From positions 4,224,001 to 4,288,000 of the forward strand of contig OY762897.2 of the NCBI GenBank assembly GCA_963666515.2: a stretch of DNA of 64,000 bases, given 5' to 3'. This document shows positions 9,721 through 18,819 of the stretch, one piece after another. A program made the translations under genes and the position numbers. Positions within the stretch are counted from its first letter, which is position 1, and every line of letters begins with the position of its first letter. The DNA comes from Candidatus Binatia bacterium (GTDB lineage: Bacteria > Desulfobacterota > Binatia > UBA9968 > JAJDTQ01). The notes under the pieces are model-generated. The model was not told the origin of the DNA and searched no databases. It saw nothing but the letters and a program-made list of their open reading frames with translations.

Positions 9721-10071
9721 TTAGCTCATTGGGCGAAGGCCAAGAAGCATACGCAGGCTTTCCTCGACTTGGCCCATGATTGCGTCGGAAGCTCGTCCCG
9801 CCTGCTCGATGAGGTATTCCTTGTCCAAGGTTATGATCTGCGACACGTTTATCACAGACGTCCGGGGCAAGCCTGTTCCTCGCCGGGCAAGGGAGACATT
9901 ACCGGGTGCCTCGGCTAGTCTGAGGTTGGAGGTGATTGCCAACGCGACCACGGTCCGAATTCGGCTTCGGTTGAAGCCGTCGGATTGAACGATCAGAACA
10001 GGACGGCGGTACCCCGGCTCGGATCGCCCCGGAACCGGCAAGTCCGCCCACCAGATCTCGCCACGATTCAC
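9721..10071 (-). CDS. mazF: Type II TA toxin, PemK/MazF family endoribonuclease
   Basis: Sequence RGEIWWADL...EPGYRRPVLIVQSDGFN...ITSN...SQIITLDK. GTGA overlap with the antitoxin stop. Confidence 0.9.
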   Translation of the reverse strand: MNRGEIWWADLPVPGRSEPGYRRPVLIVQSDGFNRSRIRTVVALAITSNLRLAEAPGNVSLARRGTGLPRTSVINVSQIITLDKEYLIEQAGRASDAIMGQVEESLRMLLGLRPMS

Positions 10072-10316
10072 CACCCGTCCTCGTCGGCGGGCAACGAGAG
10101 GAATTGGAGGGCCTCGAGTCGCTTATCGAGCGCCGAGATCGAAGGGTCTTGGCCGTACACGGCGTTGAGCCGTTCCGTCAACTGGTCGCCAGCGTGCCGC
10201 GCAACGAACTCACCGACAGCCTTCGTGTAGAGTTCGCTCCGGGAGATTCCCAACCTCTTCGCCGTACGCTCCCCGGCCTCGAAAACTTCGTCTCGAATGG
10301 AAATGGCCGTTTTCAT
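10068..10316 (-). CDS. Ribbon-helix-helix antitoxin (ChpI/MazE-like)
   Basis: MKTAISIRDEVF...LGISRSELYTKAV (RHH pattern). 82 aa, directly upstream of mazF. Confidence 0.85.
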   Translation of the reverse strand: MKTAISIRDEVFEAGERTAKRLGISRSELYTKAVGEFVARHAGDQLTERLNAVYGQDPSISALDKRLEALQFLSLPADEDGW

Positions 10317-10323
10317 GATTTGC

Positions 10324-10352
10324 AGTATAACCCAGGTTATACTCCTGCACAA
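10324..10352 (-). promoter_or_regulatory. TA promoter with perfect palindromic operator
   Basis: AGTATAACC-CA-GGTTATACT (10324-10343) is a perfect 9-bp inverted repeat. On the minus strand TTGTGC-17 nt-TATACT ends 7 nt before the ATG. Confidence 0.75.
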
Positions 10353-10492
10353 TCCCAAGGCGCCTTGCCATCCACCGAAGGACGGTTGATAATGCATGTT
10401 CGAGGGTGGAGTACTTCTTTTCCCTGAACGGTTGAGTCGTGACTCATCCTGCCTTGCGGATGGAACAACCTGCCTTGTCGATGGACCTCACC

Positions 10493-12112
10493 ATGAACCG
10501 CCGCCGGCTCCCCATCGGGATCCAGGACTTTCGGACAATCCGGGAGCGGGACGGCTACTATTACGTGGACAAGACGCCCCTCATCCGGGAACTGCTGGAA
10601 AGGGGGCGGTACTACTTCCTGTCCCGCCCGCGCCGGTTCGGCAAGAGCCTCCTGGTGGATACCTTGCAGGAACTGTTCGAGGGAAACGAGGCTCTGTTCA
10701 GGGGTCTGGACATCCACGGGCACTGGGACTGGTCGGACCGTCACCCGGTCGTGGGGCTGAGCTTTGGCGGGAAGTACAACGAGCCGGACGACCTGGAGCG
10801 CAGCACGCTCAACCAGTTGGCGATCATCGAGCACGGCGCCGGTCTCGAGCCGGCGCCGGACGCAGGCACCGGACCGGAGCGCCTGCGCAATCTCCTGTAT
10901 CGCCTGCATCACGCCTCCGGCCGGCCCGCGGTGGTGCTGGTGGACGAGTACGACAAGCCGATCCTTGACGCGCTGGAGACCCCGGACCTGGCGAAGGCGA
11001 ACCGCGACTATCTGCGGGGCTTCTACGGGATCATCAAGGACAGCGCCCGCCACGTGCGGTTTGTCCTGGTCACCGGGGTGAGCATGTTCTCGAAGGTGAG
11101 CCTGTTTTCGGGCCTCAACAACCTGGAGGACATCAGCCTGGACCCGCGCTACGCTACGATCTGCGGGTACACGGATGGGGACCTGGACCGGGTGTTCGGC
11201 CCGGAGTTGCCGGGTCTGGATCGGGACGATATCCGGCGCTGGTACAACGGCTATCACTGGCTCGGTGAGGAAAAGGTCTACAACCCCTTTGATCTGCTGC
11301 TGCTGTTCCGGCGGCGCCGGTTCAGCCCCTACTGGTTCGAGACCGGCTCGCCCACGTTCCTGTACCGGATGCTGGTGGAAAAGAAAGTCAACCCGATGAC
11401 CCTGGAGAATCGGGTCACGGATGCAGGGCTGGTGTCAGACTTCGACGTGGACGACATCGGCATCGACGCGTTGCTGTTCCAGACCGGCTACCTGACCATC
11501 GCAGGCGAAACGTGGGACGGCGTGGAGACGCTCTACACGTTGGACTATCCCAATTTCGAGGTGCGCCGCAGCTTGAACCAGGGGCTCCTGGAATACGTGA
11601 CCCGGCGGGGACGGGAGGCCGTGGACCAGGGGAAGGAACTGGCCGGCCTTCTCTCGGCGAACGACTTCACCGGTTTCGGGGAGCGGCTGCAGGCGTATCT
11701 GTCGGGGATTCCGCATCAATGGTACGACCGTAGCGAGGTCGAACGATACGAGGCCCATTACGCCAGCATGCTGTACATGGGTTTCCGGGCAATCGGGGTG
11801 GACCTTCGTGTAGAGGAGGCATCGAGCCACGGCCGCTCGGACATGGTGGTGTTTCACCACAATCAGGTATTCGTGCTGGAGTTCAAGATGGCGGACGGGG
11901 AGGGGGAGGCGGCCTCGGTAATGGACCGGGCCATGTCCCAATTGAGGGAACGCGGCTATGGGGAGAAGTACAGGGACCGCGGGGAGCCGATCCACCTGGT
12001 AGGGATGGTATTCGGCCGGAAGGAGCGGAACCTGCTGGGAATCCGGCACGAGCGGGTGCCGGGTGTCAATGGACTAGCGGCAGCAGCGCCATCGGAGTCC
12101 TTCGAGCCATGA
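10493..12112 (+). CDS. AAA-ATPase-like protein with C-terminal PD-(D/E)XK nuclease domain (copy 2)
   Basis: Motifs LPIGIQDF, SRPRRFGKS, VDEYDKP and GRSDM...LEFK. Paralog of 7130-8677. Confidence 0.9.
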   Translation: MNRRRLPIGIQDFRTIRERDGYYYVDKTPLIRELLERGRYYFLSRPRRFGKSLLVDTLQELFEGNEALFRGLDIHGHWDWSDRHPVVGLSFGGKYNEPDDLERSTLNQLAIIEHGAGLEPAPDAGTGPERLRNLLYRLHHASGRPAVVLVDEYDKPILDALETPDLAKANRDYLRGFYGIIKDSARHVRFVLVTGVSMFSKVSLFSGLNNLEDISLDPRYATICGYTDGDLDRVFGPELPGLDRDDIRRWYNGYHWLGEEKVYNPFDLLLLFRRRRFSPYWFETGSPTFLYRMLVEKKVNPMTLENRVTDAGLVSDFDVDDIGIDALLFQTGYLTIAGETWDGVETLYTLDYPNFEVRRSLNQGLLEYVTRRGREAVDQGKELAGLLSANDFTGFGERLQAYLSGIPHQWYDRSEVERYEAHYASMLYMGFRAIGVDLRVEEASSHGRSDMVVFHHNQVFVLEFKMADGEGEAASVMDRAMSQLRERGYGEKYRDRGEPIHLVGMVFGRKERNLLGIRHERVPGVNGLAAAAPSESFEP

Positions 12113-14280
12113 ACAACGCCAACACCATCATCCCCAGCACCTGCTGGGAGTGCAGCGCCCATTGCGGGTCGCTGGTCACCGTCGAGGACGGGCGGGTGAC
12201 CAAGGTATCGCCCTACCCGGAGCACCCGGCGTCCCTGGGGGCGTTCTGCGTGAAGGGAATCCGGGGCCTGCCGGAGCTGACCTACCATCCGGACCGGGTG
12301 CTCTATCCGATGAAGCGATCGGGGCCGCGGGGCGGCGGGCGGTGGCAGCGGGTGTCGTGGGACGAGGCGCTGGACGAGATGGCGGAGTCGATGCTGGCGG
12401 TGCGGGAGCGGTACGGTGCGGCGGCGCTGTGCGGGGCGGTGAGCAACGCGCACTTCAGCCGCGGGGTGATGCTGGCGTTGCTGCTGCGCGCCTTCGGGTC
12501 GCCCAACTGGATGATGAACCAGGACCTGTGCGGCGGGTGCCGGGCGCTGAGCGACCGGATCACGGGGCTGGCAATCAGCAAGGGCGAGGACATCGACAAT
12601 ACCCGCTGTGCGCTGGTCGTGGGGCGGAATCCCTATGCGGCGGACCCGCCGCAGTGGCAGGCGCTCAAGCGCGCCAAGGCGAAGGGGGCGCGCGTCGTTG
12701 TCATCGATCCGGGAGAGACGCCGGCGTCCACCATGGCGGACCTCTGGCTGCGGCCGCGGCCGGGCACGGATGCCGCCATTGGGCTGGCCATGATCCACTG
12801 GCTGGTGGAGCACGGCCGCTACGACCGGGATTTCGTGGAGCGCTGGTGCCACGGGTTCGATGCGCTGGCGGAGCGGGCGGCACAGTACCCGGCGGAGCGC
12901 GCGGCCGAGTTGACCGGGGTCCCGCGAGCGGACATTGAGCGGGCTGCGGATCTCTACGCCGACGGGCCTTCCTGCTTCGTGAGCGGGCACGGCATCGACG
13001 CCTTCAGCGCCGGCGTACAGACCTTCCGGGCGTTCCATTGCCTGGTGGCCATCAGCGGCAACCTGGACCGCCAGGGCGGCAACCGGCGCGTGAAGAAGCC
13101 GGCAGGGTTCACCAACTACATCGAGGTGCTGCACAAGCCCGATTTCCGGCTGCCCCTGGAAGTGGAGCAGCGGACCATCGGCGCCGACCGCTTCCCGCTG
13201 TGGGCGGGACCTGACGGCTGGCAGACGGCCTGCCACAACCCGTCGGTGATCGAGGCGGTGCTGAGCGGGAAGCCTTACCCGGTGCGAGCCATGTACGTCA
13301 GCGGCGTAAACATCGTGGTGACCTATCCCGATACCCCGAAGACCCTGACGGCACTGAAGTCCCTGGACTTCCTTGCGGTGGCCACCCACATGATGAACCC
13401 GACGGCCGAGTACGCGGACATCGTGCTGCCCAAGACCACGGGGCTGGAGGACGAGGAGGTTTCGCTGGAAGGCTCGGGGCCGTGCCTGAGCCTGATCCAG
13501 CCTGCGGTGGAGCCGCTGGGGGAGGCGCGCGGCGACTTCCGTATCGCCCATGACTTGGCCCGGCACATCGAAGCCCGTGGCGTCGCTGAGGCGCGTCGGT
13601 TCATTCCCTGGGAAACCAAGCGCGAGTTCAACGAGTTCCTGCTGGGCGACTGCGGCGTCACCGTGGAGCAGATGCGGGAGAAGGGCTACGCGAACTTCCC
13701 CTTCACCTACGGCGACTTCGAGAAGGCCGGGTTCAAGACAAAAACGGGCAAGGTGGAACTCTACGCCGAGCGCCTCGCCGAGTTGGGCCTGGACCCGCTA
13801 CCCGACTACACGCCGACCCGGGCGGAGCGCGAGGCGCCTGCGGTGCGCGACGCCTACCCGCTGACGCTGCTCACGGGAGTGCGAGAGCGCACCTACCACC
13901 ACTCGCGGTTCCGCGACCAGGGTTGGGCGCGCAAGGTCTCGCCGGACCCTTGGCTGCAACTGCATCCGGATACGGCGACGCAGTACCGGCTCGCCCACGA
14001 CGACTGGGTCTGGGTGGAGACCGCCGGCGGTCCGGGCCGCTGCCGCCTGAAGGTCCGTGTCACCGAGGCCACCCTGCCCGGGGTGGCGCGCACCGGCATG
14101 GGTTGGTGGTACCCGGAAGCGGAAGCCCCGCACCGCGGCGCGCTGGAGGTGAACATCAACGCCGCCATGCGCTATGATGGGCCGTGGGATCCGGTGACGG
14201 GGTCGGCGGACACGCGCGGGCTGCCGTGCCGTATTGCCAAGGTCGAGGCTCTGCAAGAGGGGAGTCAGAGCAAACTCTGA
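12109..14280 (+). CDS. Molybdopterin (bis-PGD) oxidoreductase, DMSO-reductase superfamily, acetylene-hydratase-like
   Basis: N-terminal 4Fe-4S motif CWECSAHC...FCVKG. Also LRPRPGTDAA, ADIVLP, TGKVEL and HHSRFR. No Tat signal seen. Confidence 0.85.
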   Translation: MNNANTIIPSTCWECSAHCGSLVTVEDGRVTKVSPYPEHPASLGAFCVKGIRGLPELTYHPDRVLYPMKRSGPRGGGRWQRVSWDEALDEMAESMLAVRERYGAAALCGAVSNAHFSRGVMLALLLRAFGSPNWMMNQDLCGGCRALSDRITGLAISKGEDIDNTRCALVVGRNPYAADPPQWQALKRAKAKGARVVVIDPGETPASTMADLWLRPRPGTDAAIGLAMIHWLVEHGRYDRDFVERWCHGFDALAERAAQYPAERAAELTGVPRADIERAADLYADGPSCFVSGHGIDAFSAGVQTFRAFHCLVAISGNLDRQGGNRRVKKPAGFTNYIEVLHKPDFRLPLEVEQRTIGADRFPLWAGPDGWQTACHNPSVIEAVLSGKPYPVRAMYVSGVNIVVTYPDTPKTLTALKSLDFLAVATHMMNPTAEYADIVLPKTTGLEDEEVSLEGSGPCLSLIQPAVEPLGEARGDFRIAHDLARHIEARGVAEARRFIPWETKREFNEFLLGDCGVTVEQMREKGYANFPFTYGDFEKAGFKTKTGKVELYAERLAELGLDPLPDYTPTRAEREAPAVRDAYPLTLLTGVRERTYHHSRFRDQGWARKVSPDPWLQLHPDTATQYRLAHDDWVWVETAGGPGRCRLKVRVTEATLPGVARTGMGWWYPEAEAPHRGALEVNINAAMRYDGPWDPVTGSADTRGLPCRIAKVEALQEGSQSKL

Positions 14281-14289
14281 TCGATTGAA

Positions 14290-14352
14290 CCGCATCCTTC
14301 GACTTCGCTTCTCTACGCTTGGCGTGGGCTTGTCGAAGGGCTCAGGGCGAAC
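14290..14352. repeat. REP-like palindromic element (CCTTCGAC...GTCGAAGG-GCTCAGGGCGAAC type)
   Basis: Inverted repeat CCTTCGAC (14296-14303) / GTCGAAGG (14332-14339). A partial copy ccttcgacttcgct occurs near 28057. Confidence 0.55.
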
Positions 14353-14397
14353 AGCATTCAGACGCGAACAATGGGCGGGAACTTCGGAGGTAGACCC

Positions 14398-15471
14398 ATG
14401 CTGAACAAAAGCAGACAACCGGCCGTGCTGAGCCAGCCCGTGGTGGATCCGGCGGCCTGGACCGCGGAGGACCTGGACGCCGATCAGAGCTGGATCTACC
14501 AGCTCACCGAGAGCGATATCGTGGAGCTGGACGCGGCTGTCGCACAGGTGGAGGAACGCGGGCTCGACATCATGGACATCCACCGGGACGACTTCGTGCT
14601 CCCGAACTTGGCGGACAGGCTCGATGAGGTCGCCGACGAGGTGATCGACGGCCGCGGCATAGGGCTCATACGCGGGGTGCCGGTACACCGTTACAGTCGC
14701 CAGCAGGCGGCCATCGCCTTCTGGGGAATCGGCACGTACCTCGGCGTGCCCGTGTCCCAGAACGCCAAGGGCCACCTCCTGGGCCACGTGGCCGACCTCG
14801 GCTCGCACTCGCTCACGAACCCCAAGCATCGCGGCTACCAGACCCACGACATGCTGCCGTTCCACTGCGACTCCAGCGACGTGGTTGTGCTGATGTGCCT
14901 GCACCCGGCCAAGTCCGGAGGGTTGAGCCGCTTCACCAGCGCCCTCAACGTCTACAACGAGATGCTGAAACGCCGCCCCGAGCTGGTGCCGGAGCTGGCC
15001 GCACCCATCTACCGCGACCGGCGCGGCGAGATCCCGGAAGGGAAGGAGCCCTGGTGGCAGCTTCCGGTGTTCAACTTCTTTGACGGCTACCTGACCGTGA
15101 ACGTGGGCGGCACCTACATCCGCTCCGCGCAGCGCTTCGAGGAGTTGCCGCGCCACTCCGAGGCCCTCAAGGAAGCCCTGGACCTGTGCAGGGACCTGTG
15201 CGACGAGCTGTCGTATGACATGGAGTTCCTGCAGGGAGACGTGCAGGTCCTCCACAACCACGTCACCTGCCATTCGCGCACCGAGTTCGAGGACTACCCG
15301 GAGCCCGAGCGCCGGCGCAACCTGCTGCGCCTGTGGCTCTCCACTCCCGGAGGGCGGCCGCTGCCGCCCACCTACCGCGACCGTTACGGCCATCTGAACG
15401 ACGGCGAACGGCCCGGCGGCGGCATCGTGGTGCCGGGGACGGTCTACACCGCGCCGCTGTATCCGGAATAG
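14398..15471 (+). CDS. TauD/TfdA family Fe(II)/2-oxoglutarate dioxygenase
   Basis: PFHCDSSD (HxD) and HNHVTCHSR...RRNLLRLWL. GGAGG RBS. Confidence 0.88.
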   Translation: MLNKSRQPAVLSQPVVDPAAWTAEDLDADQSWIYQLTESDIVELDAAVAQVEERGLDIMDIHRDDFVLPNLADRLDEVADEVIDGRGIGLIRGVPVHRYSRQQAAIAFWGIGTYLGVPVSQNAKGHLLGHVADLGSHSLTNPKHRGYQTHDMLPFHCDSSDVVVLMCLHPAKSGGLSRFTSALNVYNEMLKRRPELVPELAAPIYRDRRGEIPEGKEPWWQLPVFNFFDGYLTVNVGGTYIRSAQRFEELPRHSEALKEALDLCRDLCDELSYDMEFLQGDVQVLHNHVTCHSRTEFEDYPEPERRRNLLRLWLSTPGGRPLPPTYRDRYGHLNDGERPGGGIVVPGTVYTAPLYPE

Positions 15472-15483
15472 GGGAGATGGGGC

Positions 15484-16785
15484 TCAGTACGGCCGGCAGA
15501 GCCTGTCGCGGCCGCCCCAGATGTCGATGCCGCCGGCGATGACGTCGCGGGCTTCCATGGTCAGCGGGTCGCCGGCGGCGACGTAGGGTGCGCCGGGATA
15601 GTTGATGAGTTGCAGCCGGTCGTAGGCGCCCACCACGCGGTCGGCCGCGGGCAGCTCCACGACGATGTCGCGGTTGCCGGTGCTGATCACGGCGTCCGCT
15701 TCCTTTTCGTAATAGAGCAGCGGCGCGTCCGCGCCGTCCTTGCCGCCGTACTCGTAGGTGACGAGGACGGTCTTGATGCCTTTCTCCTCGCAGCCCTTCA
15801 CCGTCAGCATGACCTCAATGAAGGCGTTGCCCGATCCCGTGCGCGTGATCAGGGCGGCGTCGGCGCCCAGGGACATGGCCACCCGCACGGCGTTGTGGGC
15901 GGCGATCTCCTTCTCGCGGGAGGTCTCGAAGCCGATGCGCTCCAAAATGACCCCCGCGCACCGGTAGCGCTTGTCGCGCAAGAGCCCCAGGACCAGGGGC
16001 TGGTGCTGCCAGTTCCAGGTGATCGGGTGGTAGCTGACGGTGCGGATGGTGCTGGGGGTGATGGCGCCGTCGGTCAGCTCGTTGGGATGGATCACCGTGG
16101 ACAGCGATTCCTGTACAGGGAAGCCGTAGTAGGCGACGTTGGACGGCCGGTTGTCGGGTTCGGTGAACACGCCGATGATGACCACGGCGCGGGGGAGATC
16201 GTCTCCAGCGGCGTCGGGATTGTGGATCTCCACGCCGTCCGGCTCCAGGCCCGTGGTGGTCTCGGCGAGTCTGACCGCCACGCTGAACTCCGCCCGCTGG
16301 ATGGCCTGATGCGCCTCGTAGGCGGACAGTCCGTCTTCCAACTCCAGGGTCATCACCAGGTTGTTCAGCGAGCTGAACGGCGTCATGTCGGCGCCCGGAC
16401 CCCACATGTCCAGAATGGCGCTGCGCTGGGCGGTGGTGCCGGTGCGGACGGTGCCCTCGTAGGCGACGGCCGTCACCACCGCCATGCCCGACAGCCGGTG
16501 GGTGCGGCCCTGGCCCGCGGGGGCCACCGGCCCCAGGACTCCTGGAAATACCTGCCCCACGCCGGCGGTCTTAACGCGCGGCTCCACCACGTCGCGAATG
16601 CCGGTAACGCGGGCCTTCTCGCCGGGGCGCACCACGTCGAAGGTGGCGGAACGCACCCGGGGATACTGCTCTGCCAGGGCCGCGAGCCCTTCGGCATCCA
16701 CCTCCAGGACGCCGGAGTCATAGCGCGTCTCCCGGCCGAAGCGGATCTCGCGCACACAGTACTCTGCCAGCTCAAGACCGTTCAT
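15484..16785 (-). CDS. Glycine/sarcosine/betaine reductase component B alpha/beta-like proprotein (GrdE family)
   Basis: Motifs VRPGEKARV..IRDVVEPRVK, FPGVLG..AGQGRTHRLSG, HPNELTDGAI and ADAVISTGN. Confidence 0.75.
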   Translation of the reverse strand: MNGLELAEYCVREIRFGRETRYDSGVLEVDAEGLAALAEQYPRVRSATFDVVRPGEKARVTGIRDVVEPRVKTAGVGQVFPGVLGPVAPAGQGRTHRLSGMAVVTAVAYEGTVRTGTTAQRSAILDMWGPGADMTPFSSLNNLVMTLELEDGLSAYEAHQAIQRAEFSVAVRLAETTTGLEPDGVEIHNPDAAGDDLPRAVVIIGVFTEPDNRPSNVAYYGFPVQESLSTVIHPNELTDGAITPSTIRTVSYHPITWNWQHQPLVLGLLRDKRYRCAGVILERIGFETSREKEIAAHNAVRVAMSLGADAALITRTGSGNAFIEVMLTVKGCEEKGIKTVLVTYEYGGKDGADAPLLYYEKEADAVISTGNRDIVVELPAADRVVGAYDRLQLINYPGAPYVAAGDPLTMEARDVIAGGIDIWGGRDRLCRPY

Positions 16786-16809
16786 GGCTGACTTGCCACC
16801 GCCCCGCCC

Positions 16810-16843
16810 CCTGGATTCCGGCTTTCGCCGGAATGACGGATTC
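16810..16843. repeat. REP-like palindrome copy A (CTGGATTCCGGCTTTCGCCGGAATGAC)
   Basis: Hairpin ATTCCGGC-TTTC-GCCGGAAT. 34 bp identical to 17731-17764. Confidence 0.85.
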
Positions 16844-16924
16844 GGGCATTGGCGGGCTCTTTTCGCAGCGGTGACCAGCGCGGCGCGGAGCACCGTTTTT
16901 CGCACGAGCGTGGTTCACGGCGCG

Positions 16925-17683
16925 TCAGTGCATGTGCTGGCCGCCGTCGACGCTGATGGACTGGCCGGTGATGAAGTCGCTGTCGTCCGACGACAGGAAG
17001 ATGACCGTGCCCACCAGGTCGTCCGGGTACTGGTCGCGCTGGAAAGCACGGCTCTTGCGCCGGTTCTCCAGTTGCTGGGGGGTCGTGACGCCGTCCTGGT
17101 TGTCGCTGGATATGGTGAGGCCGGGCATGATGGCGTTGACGCTGATCCCGTCGGGGCCGATCTCGCGCGCCAGCGCCCGGGTGAATCCCAGCACACCGGC
17201 CTTGGAGGTGACGTAGTGCAGGAACATCGGCGTCCCGCCCAGGATGGTGCCGGAAGAGATGTTGATGATCTTGCCCTTTCCCTGCTCCTTCATGGCCGGA
17301 TAGACCGCCTGCACGCACAGATGCAGGCCCTTGACGTTCACCGCCATGACCCGGTCCCACTCGTCCTCGCCGATTTCCATGAAGGACTTCTTGGTGAGCG
17401 CGGTGTAGAGGGCCGCGTTGTTCACCAGGACGTCGATGCGCCCGTATGCCTTCAGCACCGTATCCGCCATCTCGCGGGTCTTCTCGGGAGATGCGACATC
17501 CACCGCGACGGGGATGGCGTCGCCGCCGTCCTTCTTGATCTCCTCCGCCACTTGGCTGGCGGCTTCCACCTGGATGTCGGCCACGGCCACCTTGGCGCCT
17601 TCCTTGGCCAGCCCCTTCGAGTAGGCGCGGCCGATGCCGACGCCGCCGCCCGTTACGATCGCGACCTTGCCGTCCAAACGCAT
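16925..17683 (-). CDS. Short-chain dehydrogenase/reductase (classical SDR)
   Basis: Motifs TGGGVGIG, NNAA, YVTSK and ITGQSISVDGG. Confidence 0.92.
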   Translation of the reverse strand: MRLDGKVAIVTGGGVGIGRAYSKGLAKEGAKVAVADIQVEAASQVAEEIKKDGGDAIPVAVDVASPEKTREMADTVLKAYGRIDVLVNNAALYTALTKKSFMEIGEDEWDRVMAVNVKGLHLCVQAVYPAMKEQGKGKIINISSGTILGGTPMFLHYVTSKAGVLGFTRALAREIGPDGISVNAIMPGLTISSDNQDGVTTPQQLENRRKSRAFQRDQYPDDLVGTVIFLSSDDSDFITGQSISVDGGQHMH

Positions 17684-17730
17684 GGTTGAGTCCTCCTTTA
17701 TTGACGCCTGTGCCTCTCTGTCCCCACCCT

Positions 17731-17764
17731 CCTGGATTCCGGCTTTCGCCGGAATGACGGATTC
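17731..17764. repeat. REP-like palindrome copy B
   Basis: Identical to 16810-16843, same orientation. Confidence 0.85.
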
Positions 17765-17810
17765 TGGGAATCGTTGGGATTTCGTATCAGACTATGATCC
17801 GCCTGTTGCC

Positions 17811-18731
17811 TCACAGCCGGTACAACTCCACCGCCGTCTTCCACAGCACCTGCTCCGCGTCCTCTTCCGAGATGCCGCACTCCCTGACGACCTTGAGCCG
17901 CGCCGGGTACAGCGGCTCCGGCACCTCGACGCACCGCCAAGTGGGCGACCAGTCGGTGCCGAACATGATGCGATGGGCGCCGATGGTTTCCACGGCCCGG
18001 CGCAGGTGCTCCGCCGTCGTGGAAGTCGTATCGAAATACACGTTGGGGTTGCGCATGGCAACGATCAGCGCCGACTCGAAGTAGTGCTGGATGGCGCGCC
18101 CCATCTTGGTCAACACGATTGGGACGTCGGGGTAGCGTCCGGCGATCTCGTCCACGTAGATGGGGTCGGCATAGTACATGCGGCCGGGAAACTGGGTCCA
18201 GCCGGTGGCGATCAGGAGCGGCACCCGGTAATTCGCCAAGGTTTCCATGATGGGGCGCAGGTCGTCGGCGATCTTCACCGGGTGGGTCTCGGTGGTGAAG
18301 GGGCCGCCGTGTGACTCGCCGATGCCCTTGAAGCCCAGCCGCTCGATGCGGTCGGCGATCTGCTCGGGCGCCGCCTCACGGAGCGCCGGAGCGTTCTCCC
18401 AGACGCCGTTGCCCGAATAGTCTTCCCCCAGGCTCGCCAGCCCGTACAGCCGGTCCGGATACCGCGCCACCGCGGCCGCGGTCTTGGCGTCCTTCTCGTC
18501 GGGGCTGTCGCAACCGCCGGTGGTCATGATCAGCGCCTTGTCCACGCCGTACCGGTCCATGTCCGCGATCAGCTCGTCCACGTAGTCCACCAGCGGCTCG
18601 GTGTCCCGGGCCTGGTACAGCTCGGGATGGTTGCGGCGGAAGCCGATGAGGTCCGGGACGCTGCGGATCTTGTCGCGCAGGTCCCGGTAAGAGGGCGGCC
18701 CGAACGGGTGGCAGTGGACTTCGACGATCAT
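17811..18731 (-). CDS. Amidohydrolase family protein (Amidohydro_2)
   Basis: Motifs MIVEVHCH, MDRYGVDKA, FKGIGE, PNVYFDTT and IMFGTDW. Confidence 0.82.
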   Translation of the reverse strand: MIVEVHCHPFGPPSYRDLRDKIRSVPDLIGFRRNHPELYQARDTEPLVDYVDELIADMDRYGVDKALIMTTGGCDSPDEKDAKTAAAVARYPDRLYGLASLGEDYSGNGVWENAPALREAAPEQIADRIERLGFKGIGESHGGPFTTETHPVKIADDLRPIMETLANYRVPLLIATGWTQFPGRMYYADPIYVDEIAGRYPDVPIVLTKMGRAIQHYFESALIVAMRNPNVYFDTTSTTAEHLRRAVETIGAHRIMFGTDWSPTWRCVEVPEPLYPARLKVVRECGISEEDAEQVLWKTAVELYRL

Positions 18732-18819
18732 GTGCGCCCTTCGCCACCTGCCGCGTGTTTCCGCCATGGTGACACCCGCGGGCGGCTGGCGACCGCGGGC
18801 AAGGCGGGCCTGACCTCCA

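Noticed and set aside
15484-16785. Selenocysteine read-through partner (GrdB/GrdA) next to the GrdE-like gene
   Set aside because: The gene ends 12 bp from the convergent TauD stop, leaving no room for a downstream selenoprotein.
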